DNA of 64,000 nucleotides, from NCBI GenBank assembly GCA_024641665.1, contig JAHECP010000002.1, positions 28,775 to 92,774 of the forward strand. The letters are read 5' to 3'. Source of the DNA: Acidobacteriota bacterium. Lineage in GTDB: Bacteria > Acidobacteriota > Vicinamibacteria > Vicinamibacterales > JAHECP01. A program made the translations under genes and the position numbers. The notes under the pieces were generated by a model. It was not told the origin of the DNA. It saw only the letters and a program-made list of their open reading frames with translations, and ran no database searches. Below are positions 17,747 through 27,704 of the stretch, piece after piece; positions within the stretch are counted from its first letter, which is position 1; each line of letters opens with the position of its first letter.

Positions 17747-20062
17747 TCAGCCCTCGGCGGGCGGCAGGGCGTCCACCGGCCCCGCGGCCATCGCCGCCAC
17801 GGCGTAGACCACCGCGCCCGTCACCATCGCCGCGCGGAACCCCAGCGTCACGGCGACGACCACCGTCGCCACCGACCCGACGACCGACAGCGTTCCGTTC
17901 AGCCCCCAGAAGAACGGCGGCGGCGGCAGGCCGCGCTGGCCGGCGCGCGCCAGGCCGCGCGGGAAGGGCATGCCCATCGCGATCCCGATCGGTGCGACGA
18001 GCAGCACCGCAATCGCAATGCGCGCGGCGAGCCCGAGCGGGAGCAGCGCCGGCACGAGCCACGGCAGCGCGCCGCCGTAGACGAGCCCGAGCGCCGCGAC
18101 GGCGAGACAGGCCGTGCGGGCGGGGACGCGGGGGCTGAGCGCCGCGCCGGCGCCGCCGGCCGCGAGCAGCGTGAAGAGCAGCACCGACAGCGTGAAGATC
18201 GGGTGCCCCAGGAGCAGCGTCAGGTGCTGCAGGAGCGCCAGCTCGATCGTGATGAAGCCGACGCCCAGCGCCGCGAAGTACACGATCGCCGCGCGATACG
18301 GCGCGTCGGGCCGCCCCGCCGGATGCCCGCCGGCGACCAGGAAGCCGAGCAGCAGCAGCACCGGCCCGACGATGAGCGCGAGACCGATCGCCAGCGCCCG
18401 CGGCATGCCCAGCGGCCGCTCGGTCGCGAAGTAGAACGGGCTGTCGTCGTAGACCGGATCCACCTTGCGCGGCGCCTCGGCGACGAGCTGGTCGAACGTG
18501 ATCCGGCCGTCGAAGAGCGTGTCGTACGGCGGGTCCGCGTGACGGCCCGGCACGAGCACGGGCCGCGCCGTCGTCCAGTCGTGCATCACCGACGCCGTCT
18601 CCTCGGCCGTGAACGGCCGCTTGCGCAGGATGAAGATCATCTGCGGCGGGTCCTCGGCCGTGCCGCGCCGCTCGAGCACGACGACGATGCGGCGCGCGGC
18701 CTCGTGCACGCCGAGGAGCGCGATGGCATTCGCCACCAGCCGCGGCACGTCCACGTTCCACCGCAGCACGACCAGCTCTCCATCGTCGGTCAGGTGGTCG
18801 TAGTAGGCGCGGAACGCCTGCGTCGTATAGAGGTAGTTCTCGGCGAGCGACAGGCCGCCCGAGGCGACCGACGCCCACGAGTCGACGAAGCCGAGGAAGA
18901 TGACGTCGAAGCGCCGATCGGTGCGGCTGATGAAGGTGCGGGCCTCGCCCTGGACGACCTCGACGTCGGGCCGGTCGTAGATCCCGCCCGCCCGCGCACC
19001 GTAGTGCCGCACGAACTTGATCATCAGCGGGTTCAGCTCGACGGCCGTGACGTGCCGGCTGCCCGCGGCTAGCGCCACCAGCACGTCCGACCCGCCGCCC
19101 GGGCCGATCACGAGCGTCTCGGGACGCGTCGTGAAGCGGAACGGCAGCGCGCGGTACCAGGACCGCAGGTTCGCGGCGCTCTCGAGGCGGCCGTCCCACT
19201 CGAGCACGTTGGTCCACGCGTCCGAGTCGATGTAGAGGCGCGCCAGGTATGGCGGCGGGAAGCCCTCGACGGCGTCGATGCGCGAGTAGGCGTTCCAGCC
19301 CGTCTGCGTCACGCGCGCGCCGGGCGTTTCGGCCATCTGGCGCCGCATGGCCTTCAGCGTGCCCGGCGTCACGCGAAACATGGCGCCCGTCGCGGACGAC
19401 CCGATGGCGAAGGCGAGGAGCGCGGCGACCGTGACGGCGGCGGCGACGAGCGCGCGGCGGCGCGAGAGCGCGAGCGCGGCGCCGAGCGGCGCGAGCGCCG
19501 TCAGGAGCAGCGACCGCTCCCCGCCGAGCCACTGGAGGAAGAACACGATGGCGATGGCGCCCAGCGACGCGCCGGTGAGGTCGGCGAAGTACAGGCTGCC
19601 CGCGCGCGCCCGGTGGCGATCGAAGACGACCGACAGCGCCATGCCGTCCAGCAGAAACGGGAGCAGCGGCGCGAAGAAGTAGAGCGGCAGGCGCTCGAGC
19701 CGGAACGGGAAGAGCACCACCAGCCACAGGCACAGCGGCATCGTCACGGCGACCGACAGCGCGAGCCAGGCGCCCGCGTCGAGGTCCAAGATTGGCGTGG
19801 GGCTTCGCTCCACACCCCGGCTCGGTCGCTCGCGGGGACCCCAATGCCCCGCGCCGCTCCCTCGCGGGCCGCGCCGTGCGCGGCCTGGCCGTGCCTGCAC
19901 AGCGTGCACGACGAAGCCGCCGAGCCCCCAGCCGAGCAGCGCCACCGAGATCGCGACGAACGTGAAGTGGTACCAGATCGTCGCCGAGTAGATGCGCGTG
20001 AGGCCGACTTCGAAGACGAGGCCGGCGAAGGTCAGCAGGAAGACGGCAAGGCGCGGGCGCAC
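17747..20062 (-). CDS. membrane-embedded spermidine/spermine-synthase-family protein (polytopic N- and C-terminal regions flanking a methyltransferase-fold domain)
   Basis: Track ORF of 771 aa. Central domain: VLVIGPGGGSDV...VTAVELNP...FDVIFLGFVDSW. It is flanked by many TM helices. There is an Arg/Pro/Gly-rich insertion after the second helix. Confidence 0.8.
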   Translation of the reverse strand: MRPRLAVFLLTFAGLVFEVGLTRIYSATIWYHFTFVAISVALLGWGLGGFVVHAVQARPGRARRGPRGSGAGHWGPRERPSRGVERSPTPILDLDAGAWLALSVAVTMPLCLWLVVLFPFRLERLPLYFFAPLLPFLLDGMALSVVFDRHRARAGSLYFADLTGASLGAIAIVFFLQWLGGERSLLLTALAPLGAALALSRRRALVAAAVTVAALLAFAIGSSATGAMFRVTPGTLKAMRRQMAETPGARVTQTGWNAYSRIDAVEGFPPPYLARLYIDSDAWTNVLEWDGRLESAANLRSWYRALPFRFTTRPETLVIGPGGGSDVLVALAAGSRHVTAVELNPLMIKFVRHYGARAGGIYDRPDVEVVQGEARTFISRTDRRFDVIFLGFVDSWASVASGGLSLAENYLYTTQAFRAYYDHLTDDGELVVLRWNVDVPRLVANAIALLGVHEAARRIVVVLERRGTAEDPPQMIFILRKRPFTAEETASVMHDWTTARPVLVPGRHADPPYDTLFDGRITFDQLVAEAPRKVDPVYDDSPFYFATERPLGMPRALAIGLALIVGPVLLLLGFLVAGGHPAGRPDAPYRAAIVYFAALGVGFITIELALLQHLTLLLGHPIFTLSVLLFTLLAAGGAGAALSPRVPARTACLAVAALGLVYGGALPWLVPALLPLGLAARIAIAVLLVAPIGIAMGMPFPRGLARAGQRGLPPPPFFWGLNGTLSVVGSVATVVVAVTLGFRAAMVTGAVVYAVAAMAAGPVDALPPAEG

Positions 20063-20105
20063 GGCCCTTTCTTAGACCACGGATCGGGGGTGCCGTGCAA
20101 ATCGG

Positions 20106-20123
20106 GCTGGCCTGAAGGCCAGC
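20106..20123 (-). terminator. short GC hairpin just downstream of the DUF4440-like gene
   Basis: GCTGGCC-TGAA-GGCCAGC, located 6 nt after the stop at 20129. No clear U-tract. Confidence 0.35.
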
Positions 20124-20128
20124 ACGAC

Positions 20129-20584
20129 CTACTTCCCTCTGAGCGTCATGGCCGCGCCACGGCAGTGCATCAGGACCTGCCAGCGGCCGGCCCGCAGGAT
20201 CCACACGCTGTTCAGGGCGTTCTGGCTGCGCACCGACTTGCCGTTCGCGTCGAGCATCGTCGCGTCCGAGTCGTAGCTGATCGAGTACGCGTACGGGCCC
20301 AGGACCACCACGCGGAAGTTCTGCTGCGCGTGCTTCAGCAGCGTGAGGGTGGGGATCTCTTTCAGCAGCGCGTCCTTGCCGATCGACGACCCGTCCTTCG
20401 CGATGTCCACGAAATCGTCGGCCACGAGGGACCGGATGGTGTCGAGATCGTGCTGCTGGTCGGCCGCGAAGAGGTGGCGCTCGTTCGCGACGGCCTGGTC
20501 GTAGGTGATCGGCGGCGGGGGAGGCGTCATCACCTGCGCCGAGGCGGTACACGCCAGCAGCAGCGCACACGCGAGAGTCTTCAT
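20129..20584 (-). CDS. secreted SnoaL/NTF2-like (DUF4440-like) protein
   Basis: This is the C-terminal 151 aa of track ORF 20129..21190. Sequence: MKTLACALLLACTASAQV...DDFVDIAKDGSSIGKDALL...NSVWILRAGRWQVLMHCRG. Confidence 0.7.
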   Translation of the reverse strand: MKTLACALLLACTASAQVMTPPPPPITYDQAVANERHLFAADQQHDLDTIRSLVADDFVDIAKDGSSIGKDALLKEIPTLTLLKHAQQNFRVVVLGPYAYSISYDSDATMLDANGKSVRSQNALNSVWILRAGRWQVLMHCRGAAMTLRGK

Positions 20585-20705
20585 GGGCGTCCTCCCAGAC
20601 AGGGCATGATACCGCGCCGACCGGTGTCGCCGCGCCTCGGCGTGCAAACCCTCGCATGTACCGCGAAACAGCGTAAGGAAGGCGTAAGGACTCGCTGCGC
20701 CGCCG

Positions 20706-22316
20706 GTGGCTTGCCCTCCAGCGCGTTCCGGCGTCAGGATGGGACTCGTGAGGGTGGCCCCCGTGGTGCCTCGAGCGACCGCGCGCCGTGCGCCGCGCAC
20801 GGCCGAGCTCGGCGTCCTGCTCGCCGGGCTCGCCGCCGTCGCCCTGCTGACGGCCGCCTGCTCCACGTGGATCGGCGTGTCGAACCCCACGATCGTCGCG
20901 CTGTCGTTCCTGCTCGTGGTCCTGATCGTCGCCACCGTCTCGACACGCCGTGTGGCGATCGCGACCTCCGCGATGGCGTTCCTGTGCTTCAACTTCTTCT
21001 TCCTTCCGCCCGTCGGCACCTGGACGATTGCGGACCCCGAGAACTGGGTCGCCCTGTTCACGCTCCTGGCGGTGAGCATCGTCGCGAGCCACCTCTCGTT
21101 GCAGGTCCGCCAACGGGCGAGCGATGCGACAGCGCGGCGCGACGAGCTCGCGCGACTGTTCGACTTGACACGCGACATCCTGCTGACCACCGATACGGCC
21201 GGTGCCGTCGGGCTCGTCGCGCGCTATGTCGCGCGGCGGTTCGGGCTCGAGTCGGTCACGATCTGCCTGCCCGGCCCGGGAGGCTGGCAGCGTCATCACT
21301 CGGGCGAGCGGCCGCTGGACATCGACGCTGCGCAACTCGACGCCGCCTTGTCCGCGGCGCGGGCCCGGCTCGAGTTCGATGCGCATCAGCGGACCTACGG
21401 GGGCCACAGCCGAATCGAGACCGCCGATGGGACGAGCGTCTCGCTCGTGCCGCTGCGCGTCGGGACCCGCCCGATCGGCCTCCTCGCGCTGCACGGTCAG
21501 GACGTCGAGGCTGGCACCCAGGACGCGATTGCCGGAGTGACGGCGATCGCGATTGAGCGAACCCAGCTGCTGGAAGAGCGGAGGGAGGCGGAAGTCGTCC
21601 GCCGCGGCGCCGAGCTGAAGTCCGCGCTACTCGCCTCGCTCAGCCACGATCTGAAGACGCCGCTGACGGCCGTGGCCGTGGCCGCGAACAATCTGGACGC
21701 TTCATGGCTGACGGACGAGCAGCGGCGAGGACAGATCGAGATCGTGCGCTCGGAGCTCCAGCGGCTGACCCGGCTGTTCCAGGACATCGTCGACATGGCG
21801 AGAATCGAAACCCAGGCTATCGCCGCCGAGCGGGAGTGGGTCCAGCCCGCGGAGATCGTCGAGGCGGCCGTCCGTCAGGCGGAACCGGCGCTCGGCTCGC
21901 ATCGGATCGAGGTCGCCGACCTCGCCGAGCACGCGCTGGTCCGCCTCGATCCCCGGCTCACCTCCGCGGCGCTCGCGCATCTGCTCGAGAACGCCGGGCA
22001 GTACTCGCCGAGCGGCTCCACGGTCACTGTCACCGTGACCCTGTCGCGTGACGAGCTGAGGGTGGCCGTTCGCGACCGCGGCGTCGGGATCGCCCCAGAG
22101 GATTTCGATCACCTCTTCGAACGGGCCTTCCGGGGGACTGGTGCGCGCCGGCAGCGGTTCGGCACCGGGATGGGCCTGGCGATCACGCGCGGTCTGCTGG
22201 CGGCCGAAAGCGGGCGCGTGTGGGCCGAGAACCACCCGGAGGGCGGCGCCACCTTCACGATCGGGGTCCCGGTGCAGAGTCGGACCGCCGCGGCCATCGA
22301 AGGGGAGAGTCTGTGA
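20706..22316 (+). CDS. kdpD: KdpD C-terminal half: DUF4118-type membrane domain, GAF-like domain, HisKA, HATPase
   Basis: Track ORF of 536 aa; the start may instead be MGLVRV at 20739. Membrane block: FLCFNFFFLPPVGTWTIADPENW. H-box: LLASLSHDLKTPL. ATPase blocks: LLENAGQYSP, DRGVGI, GTGMGLAI. It lacks the KdpD N-terminal sensor/Usp part, which is encoded at 27705-28868. Confidence 0.85.
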   Translation: MACPPARSGVRMGLVRVAPVVPRATARRAPRTAELGVLLAGLAAVALLTAACSTWIGVSNPTIVALSFLLVVLIVATVSTRRVAIATSAMAFLCFNFFFLPPVGTWTIADPENWVALFTLLAVSIVASHLSLQVRQRASDATARRDELARLFDLTRDILLTTDTAGAVGLVARYVARRFGLESVTICLPGPGGWQRHHSGERPLDIDAAQLDAALSAARARLEFDAHQRTYGGHSRIETADGTSVSLVPLRVGTRPIGLLALHGQDVEAGTQDAIAGVTAIAIERTQLLEERREAEVVRRGAELKSALLASLSHDLKTPLTAVAVAANNLDASWLTDEQRRGQIEIVRSELQRLTRLFQDIVDMARIETQAIAAEREWVQPAEIVEAAVRQAEPALGSHRIEVADLAEHALVRLDPRLTSAALAHLLENAGQYSPSGSTVTVTVTLSRDELRVAVRDRGVGIAPEDFDHLFERAFRGTGARRQRFGTGMGLAITRGLLAAESGRVWAENHPEGGATFTIGVPVQSRTAAAIEGESL

Positions 22317-23011
22317 CGCGCCCAGCGCAAATCCTCCTGGTCGACGATGAAGTATCCATCCAACGCGCGATGACGCCGCTCCTGCGCTCGCGCGGCTACG
22401 CGGTCACCGTCGCTGGCACCGGGCGCGAGGCCGTGGAGGCCTTCGAGCGGGAGCGCCCCGACCTGGTCATCCTCGACCTCGGCCTCCCGGACATGGACGG
22501 AAGCGAGGTGTGCCGGCAGGTGCGCGAACGCGCCGACACGCCGATCCTGGTTCTTTCCGCGCGCGGCGCCGAGAAGGACAAGGTCGCGGCCCTGGATCAG
22601 GGCGCGGACGACTACGTGACGAAGCCGTTCGGCCCGGACGAGCTGATGGCCCGCGTGAGGGCCGCGCTGCGCCGCTCGCTCGGTCGCGAGAGCCTCCTCT
22701 ATGGCCAGCTCACGCGGGGCGACTTGACCATCGACTTCGATCGCCGGCGCGTCCAGCGTGGCGGACTCGAGATCCGGCTGACGCCGAGGGAGTTCGAGCT
22801 CCTGACGCTGCTCGTCACGCACGCCGGCCGGGTCCTCACGCACCGCACCATCCTGAAGGCGATCTGGGGCACGCACAGCGTCGACCAGCCGGAACATCTC
22901 CGCGTCCTGATGGGCCAGCTCCGCAAGAAGATCGAGCCCGACCCCGCCAGTCCCCGGTATCTCCTGACGGAGCCCTGGGTCGGCTATCGCTTCGCCGACG
23001 AGCCCGACTGA
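22313..23011 (+). CDS. kdpE: OmpR-family response regulator KdpE
   Basis: GTG start overlapping the kinase stop (GTGA). Blocks: ILLVDDE...DLVILDLGLPDMDG...DDYVTKPF...LTPREFELL...EPWVGYRF. Confidence 0.9.
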   Translation: MTRPAQILLVDDEVSIQRAMTPLLRSRGYAVTVAGTGREAVEAFERERPDLVILDLGLPDMDGSEVCRQVRERADTPILVLSARGAEKDKVAALDQGADDYVTKPFGPDELMARVRAALRRSLGRESLLYGQLTRGDLTIDFDRRRVQRGGLEIRLTPREFELLTLLVTHAGRVLTHRTILKAIWGTHSVDQPEHLRVLMGQLRKKIEPDPASPRYLLTEPWVGYRFADEPD

Positions 23012-23236
23012 TCCTGCCGGCGCCGCCGGACGCCGGCGGCTGGCGGCCGCTCACGCCTTTACGGAATCTTCACGAACGTTTTAGCCCGTTCTCACGAAGC
23101 CGCCGTTATCTTCCGTGGTGAAGGTGTGTGCGGGAAGGGCGCCTCGTGCTCACGCTTGGAATGATCGGCCTCGCGATCCTGGCGTTCGCCGCGCTGTTCG
23201 GATTCGTCGCGTGGTGCGACCGCGTGTAGGTGTGCC

Positions 23237-23317
23237 ATGACGACCCTGTCGTTGCTGCTGGCCATCGCGGCGTCGGCCTACCTCCTGTACGCCATGCTGC
23301 GCCCCGAACGCTTCTGA
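23237..23317 (+). CDS. kdpF: KdpF small subunit (26 aa)
   Basis: My own translation: MTTLSLLLAIAASAYLLYAMLRPERF. It has the typical KdpF C-terminal LLRPERF and ends 10 nt before kdpA. Confidence 0.7.
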   Translation: MTTLSLLLAIAASAYLLYAMLRPERF

Positions 23318-23327
23318 GGGTCGCCCG

Positions 23328-25037
23328 ATGGGTACGGAAGCCGTTGCCGTTGGTGCGGTGATTCTGTTCGCGACCGCCACGAGCGTGCCGCTGGGACGCT
23401 ACATGGCACGGGTGTTCAGCGGTCGGCGTACGTGGCTCGATCCCGTCCTTGTGCCGATCGAGCGCCTCGTGTTGCGCCTGACCGGCGTGCGCGCAGACGA
23501 GCAGCAGAACTGGAAGCAGTATTCGGTCTCACTGCTCGCCTCGAACGTCGTCTTGTGGCTCGCGACGTTCGCGATCGTGTCGCTCCAGAAGATGCTGCCC
23601 CTCGACCCGGACGGCATAGGCAACATGGAGCCGACGCTCGCGTTCAACACCATCTCGAGCTTCGTGACGAACACGAACCTGCAGCACTACAGCGGGGAGA
23701 CCGGCCTGTCGTACTTCTCGCAGATGTTCGAGGCCACGTTCCTGCAGTTCGTGACCGCCGCCACGGGCATCGCGGCGTGCGTGGCGCTCCTCCGAGCCCT
23801 GACCCGTGATCGCGAGACGCACATCGGCAACTTCTACGTCGACGTGACGCGCGCCAGCGTGCGCGTGCTGCTGCCGCTGGCCCTCGTCGTGGGCACCCTC
23901 CTCATGTGGCAGGGCTCGCCGATGACGTTCCGGGGAGCCGCCCGCGCGATCACCGTCGAAGGCCGGCCGCAGACCATCGCCCGAGGCGTCGTGGCGCCGC
24001 TCGTGGCGATCAAGCAGTTGGGCACGAACGGCGGCGGGTACTTCGGGTCGAACTCGACCCACCCGTACGAGAACCCCAGCCCGCTCTCGGACCTCGTGGA
24101 AACCTGGTCGATCCTCGCGATCCCCATGGGGATGATCTGGACGCTGGGCGACATGGTTCGCCGCCAGCGCCTGGCGGTGATGCTCTTCGCCGTGATGGTG
24201 GCGATGTACATCCCGATGGTCACGGTTGCCGTCGCGCAGGAGGCGGGCGGCAACCCCGGGATCGCGAGGCTGGGGGTCGATCAAGCCTCGGGCTCCATGG
24301 AAGGCAAGGAGGTCCGCTTCGGAGCCCCGCTGTCGGCGCTCTGGGCCGTGAGCACCACGGTGACGTCGAACGGCTCGGTCAACGCCATGCACGATTCGCT
24401 GACGCCGCTCGGCGGTCTGATGCCCATGGTCGGCATGTGGATCAACGGCATCTTCGGCGGCGTCGGCGTCGGCTTCATCAACATGTTCATCTTCATCATC
24501 GTCGCGGTCTTCGTGGCGGGCATGATGATCGGCCGCACGCCGGAGCTCCTGGGCAAGAAGATCGAGAGCAGGGAGATCAAGCTGGCGAGCCTGGCGCTGC
24601 TGTGGCATCCTCTCGCAATTCTCGTCGGCACGGCCATCGCCTGCCACGTGTGGACCGCCACCGCCCATCCCGGGGTGGCGCTCGGTTGGCTCCACAATCC
24701 GGGCCCGCATGGCTTCTCGGAAATGCTGTACGAGTTCTCCTCGGCGGCGGCCAACAACGGCTCCGGCTTCGAAGGGCTCGGCGACAACACGGCGTTCTGG
24801 AACATCTCGACGGGGCTGGTCATGCTGTTGTCGCGCTATATCCCGATCATTGCGCCTCTGGCCCTGGCCGGATCGCTCGCCGCCAAGCCGGGCATGCCCG
24901 AAACCGCGGGGTCGCTGCGCCTGGACAGCGCGACATACGGGTTCACGCTGTGGGCCGTGGTCGCGATCCTCGGCCTCCTCATGTTCATGCCGGTGGCCGT
25001 GCTCGGACCGATCGCCGAGTACCTCACGTTGCGGTAG
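23328..25037 (+). CDS. kdpA: potassium-transporting ATPase subunit KdpA
   Basis: Track ORF of 569 aa. KdpA blocks: NTNLQHYSGE, LGTNGGGYFG, NGSGFEG. Confidence 0.95.
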   Translation: MGTEAVAVGAVILFATATSVPLGRYMARVFSGRRTWLDPVLVPIERLVLRLTGVRADEQQNWKQYSVSLLASNVVLWLATFAIVSLQKMLPLDPDGIGNMEPTLAFNTISSFVTNTNLQHYSGETGLSYFSQMFEATFLQFVTAATGIAACVALLRALTRDRETHIGNFYVDVTRASVRVLLPLALVVGTLLMWQGSPMTFRGAARAITVEGRPQTIARGVVAPLVAIKQLGTNGGGYFGSNSTHPYENPSPLSDLVETWSILAIPMGMIWTLGDMVRRQRLAVMLFAVMVAMYIPMVTVAVAQEAGGNPGIARLGVDQASGSMEGKEVRFGAPLSALWAVSTTVTSNGSVNAMHDSLTPLGGLMPMVGMWINGIFGGVGVGFINMFIFIIVAVFVAGMMIGRTPELLGKKIESREIKLASLALLWHPLAILVGTAIACHVWTATAHPGVALGWLHNPGPHGFSEMLYEFSSAAANNGSGFEGLGDNTAFWNISTGLVMLLSRYIPIIAPLALAGSLAAKPGMPETAGSLRLDSATYGFTLWAVVAILGLLMFMPVAVLGPIAEYLTLR

Positions 25038-25046
25038 GAACCAACG

Positions 25047-25652
25047 ATGGTCAAAGAGATCAAGCGGGGGATGGCGTTCACGGTCGTGACGATGGTGCTG
25101 TTCGGGGGCGCGTATCACGTGGCGCTCTGGGCGCTCGGCCGCGTGGCGTTCCCGGACCAGACTGAAGGGAGCCTGATTCGACGTCCCGATGGCACCATCA
25201 TCGGCTCGACGTTGATCGCCCAGGCCTTCACTGGACCGGGGTACTTCCACCCGCGGCCGTCCGCCGTCGGCTACAACGCGGCCTCGACCGGGGGCAGCAA
25301 CGACGGGCCATCGAATCCGGAATTCTTGAAGGCGGTAGAGGAACGGCGCGATGCCACCATGGCACTGGAGAGAGTCCGGGCGAACCAGGTGCCGTCGGAG
25401 ATGGTCACGGCGAGCGGCAGCGGGGTGGATCCCGACATCCCGCCGGACGCGGCGGACCTGCAGGCCGCGCGCGTCGCGTCGGCCCGCGGCATCCCCGTTG
25501 CGCGCGTGCGCCAGCTCATTGAGGCGCACACGGAGCCGCCAGCGTGGGGGTTCTTCGGCCGGGCCCGTGTCAACGTGCTCGAGCTGAATCTCGCGCTCGA
25601 CCGCGCGTTCACGGCGCCGGCACCGGCAGCAGTCAAGTACTCCGGACGATGA
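25047..25652 (+). CDS. kdpC: potassium-transporting ATPase subunit KdpC
   Basis: Track ORF of 201 aa. N-terminal TM helix, then [18 protein letters not shown] and [11 protein letters not shown]. It lies between kdpA and kdpB. Confidence 0.9.
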   Translation: MVKEIKRGMAFTVVTMVLFGGAYHVALWALGRVAFPDQTEGSLIRRPDGTIIGSTLIAQAFTGPGYFHPRPSAVGYNAASTGGSNDGPSNPEFLKAVEERRDATMALERVRANQVPSEMVTASGSGVDPDIPPDAADLQAARVASARGIPVARVRQLIEAHTEPPAWGFFGRARVNVLELNLALDRAFTAPAPAAVKYSGR

Positions 25653-25653
25653 C

Positions 25654-27693
25654 ATGGCAGAGCGCGTGCGCAGGATGTCGATTTGGGATCCGGGGATCGT
25701 CCGGCAGGCCGTGCTGGGTTCCGTCCGAAAGCTGGATCCACGGATTCAAGCGAAGAACCCCGTGATGTTCATCGTGGAGGTGGGGAGCGTCGTGACGACG
25801 ATCGTCTTCCTCCAGGAACTGGCGGGAGGCGGCCGGCTGCTGTTCACGGGACAGGTGGCCTTCTGGCTCTGGTTCACCGTCCTGTTCGCGAACTTCGCCG
25901 AGGCGATGGCGGAGGGCCGAGGCAAGGCTCAGGCCGACACGCTGCGAAAGACGCGAACGGAGACGAGGGCGAACCGGATGGTCGCGGGCGGGCGAGTCGA
26001 GGAAGTCCCGGCGTCGACGCTTCGCCAGGGCGACCTCGTCATCGTGCACTCCGGCGAGTTCATCCCCGGCGACGGGGAAGTCACCGAGGGCGTCGCCTCG
26101 GTCGATGAATCGACGATCACCGGCGAATCGGCACCCGTGATCCGGGAGTCGGGCGGCGACCGGTCGGCCGTGACCGGTGGGACACGGGTCATCTCAGACT
26201 GGATCAAGGTGCGCATCACCTCCGAGCCGGGGCACACGTTCCTGGATCGGATGATCGCTCTGGTCGAGGGGGCGGAGCGCCGGAAGACGCCCAACGAGAT
26301 CGCCCTGTATATCCTGCTCGCCGTGCTCACGCTGATCTTCCTGCTCGTAGTCGTCACCCTGGAGCCGTTCGCGCATTACGCGGGCACGCGGATCCCGATT
26401 CCTGTCCTGATCGCGCTGCTCGTGTGCCTGATCCCCACGACGATCGGCGCCCTCGTTTCGGCGATTGGCATTGCCGGGATGGATCGGCTCGTGCAGCACA
26501 ACGTGCTCGCGATGTCCGGCCGCGCCGTCGAAGCGGCCGGCGACGTCGACACGCTCCTGCTGGACAAGACGGGCACGATCACGCTGGGGAACCGGGAGGC
26601 GGTCGAGTTCGTGCCGGTTGCCGGCGTCACGGAGGCGGAGCTGGCCGACGCCGCGCAGCTGGCGTCGCTCGCCGACGAGACACCGGAGGGACGCTCCATC
26701 GTGGTCCTGGCCAAGACCCGGCATCGGATCCGCGGCCGCGAGCTGGCGGACAAGGGCGCGGTGTTCGTCCCGTTCTCGGCGCAGACGCGCATGTCCGGGC
26801 TCGACATGGGTGGGCGCGAAATCCGGAAAGGCGCGGCCGATGCGATCGCCGCCTACGTCGCGCGTCACGGCGGCGTCACGTCGCCGGAGCTGGACGCGAT
26901 CGTCGACCGCGTCGCGCGGTCGGGTGGCACGCCGCTGGTCGTGGCGGAGCGCGCACGGCCCCTCGGCGTGGTCCATCTGAAGGACATCGTCAAGGGCGGC
27001 ATGCGCCAGCGCTTCGCGCGCCTGCGCGCGATGGGCATCAGGACGATCATGATCACCGGCGACAACCCGCTGACGGCCGCGGCGATCGCCGGCGAGGCGG
27101 GCGTGGACGACTTTCTCGCCGAGGCGAAGCCAGAAGACAAGATGGCGCTCATCAGGCGGGAGCAGAACGCGGGCAAGCTCGTCGCGATGACGGGTGACGG
27201 CACGAACGACGCGCCGGCGCTGGCCCAGGCCGATGTCGGGGTCGCGATGAACACCGGAACCACCGCCGCGAAGGAAGCCGGCAACATGGTGGACCTCGAC
27301 TCCAACCCGACGAAACTGATCGAGATCGTCGAGATCGGCAAGCAGCTGCTGATGACGCGCGGGGCGCTGACGACGTTCTCGCTTGCGAACGACGTGGCCA
27401 AGTACTTCGCCATCATTCCGGCCATGTTCGTGGTGGCCTTTCCGCAGCTGGCCGTCCTGAACGTGATGCGGCTCGCGACCCCGGAGTCGGCCATCCTGTC
27501 GGCCGTGATCTTCAACGCGGTGATCATCATCGCGCTCATTCCGCTGGCGCTGAGGGGCATTCCCTACAGGCCCCTCGGCGCTGGGGCGATCCTGCGCCGC
27601 AATCTGTTCATCTACGGCCTGGGAGGCGTTATCGTGCCCTTTGTCGGCATCAAGGCGATCGACCTCGTGCTGGTCGCGGTTCGGCTCGCCTGA
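25654..27693 (+). CDS. kdpB: potassium-transporting P-type ATPase subunit KdpB
   Basis: Track ORF of 679 aa. Blocks: [38 protein letters not shown]. Confidence 0.95.
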   Translation: MAERVRRMSIWDPGIVRQAVLGSVRKLDPRIQAKNPVMFIVEVGSVVTTIVFLQELAGGGRLLFTGQVAFWLWFTVLFANFAEAMAEGRGKAQADTLRKTRTETRANRMVAGGRVEEVPASTLRQGDLVIVHSGEFIPGDGEVTEGVASVDESTITGESAPVIRESGGDRSAVTGGTRVISDWIKVRITSEPGHTFLDRMIALVEGAERRKTPNEIALYILLAVLTLIFLLVVVTLEPFAHYAGTRIPIPVLIALLVCLIPTTIGALVSAIGIAGMDRLVQHNVLAMSGRAVEAAGDVDTLLLDKTGTITLGNREAVEFVPVAGVTEAELADAAQLASLADETPEGRSIVVLAKTRHRIRGRELADKGAVFVPFSAQTRMSGLDMGGREIRKGAADAIAAYVARHGGVTSPELDAIVDRVARSGGTPLVVAERARPLGVVHLKDIVKGGMRQRFARLRAMGIRTIMITGDNPLTAAAIAGEAGVDDFLAEAKPEDKMALIRREQNAGKLVAMTGDGTNDAPALAQADVGVAMNTGTTAAKEAGNMVDLDSNPTKLIEIVEIGKQLLMTRGALTTFSLANDVAKYFAIIPAMFVVAFPQLAVLNVMRLATPESAILSAVIFNAVIIIALIPLALRGIPYRPLGAGAILRRNLFIYGLGGVIVPFVGIKAIDLVLVAVRLA

Positions 27694-27704
27694 GCCAGAC
27701 GCCG

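Noticed and set aside
17736-21494. 1252-aa minus ORF, plus similar giant ORFs at 37657-41415, 41111-43804, 3477-5345, 3515-5539, 49871-51844, 59566-61287 and 61885-63369
   Set aside because: All are low-complexity R/G/P/A/D/H translations in alternative frames or strands of genes with strong family motifs. This is a typical open-frame artefact of high-GC DNA.
23060-23135. Riboswitch or pseudoknot in the kdp leader (ACGGAA...TTCAC...TTCCGT...GTGAA)
   Set aside because: The complementary 5-6-mers could pair in a pseudoknot topology, but they are short. I see none of the conserved cores of known c-di-AMP riboswitches. This is probably chance.
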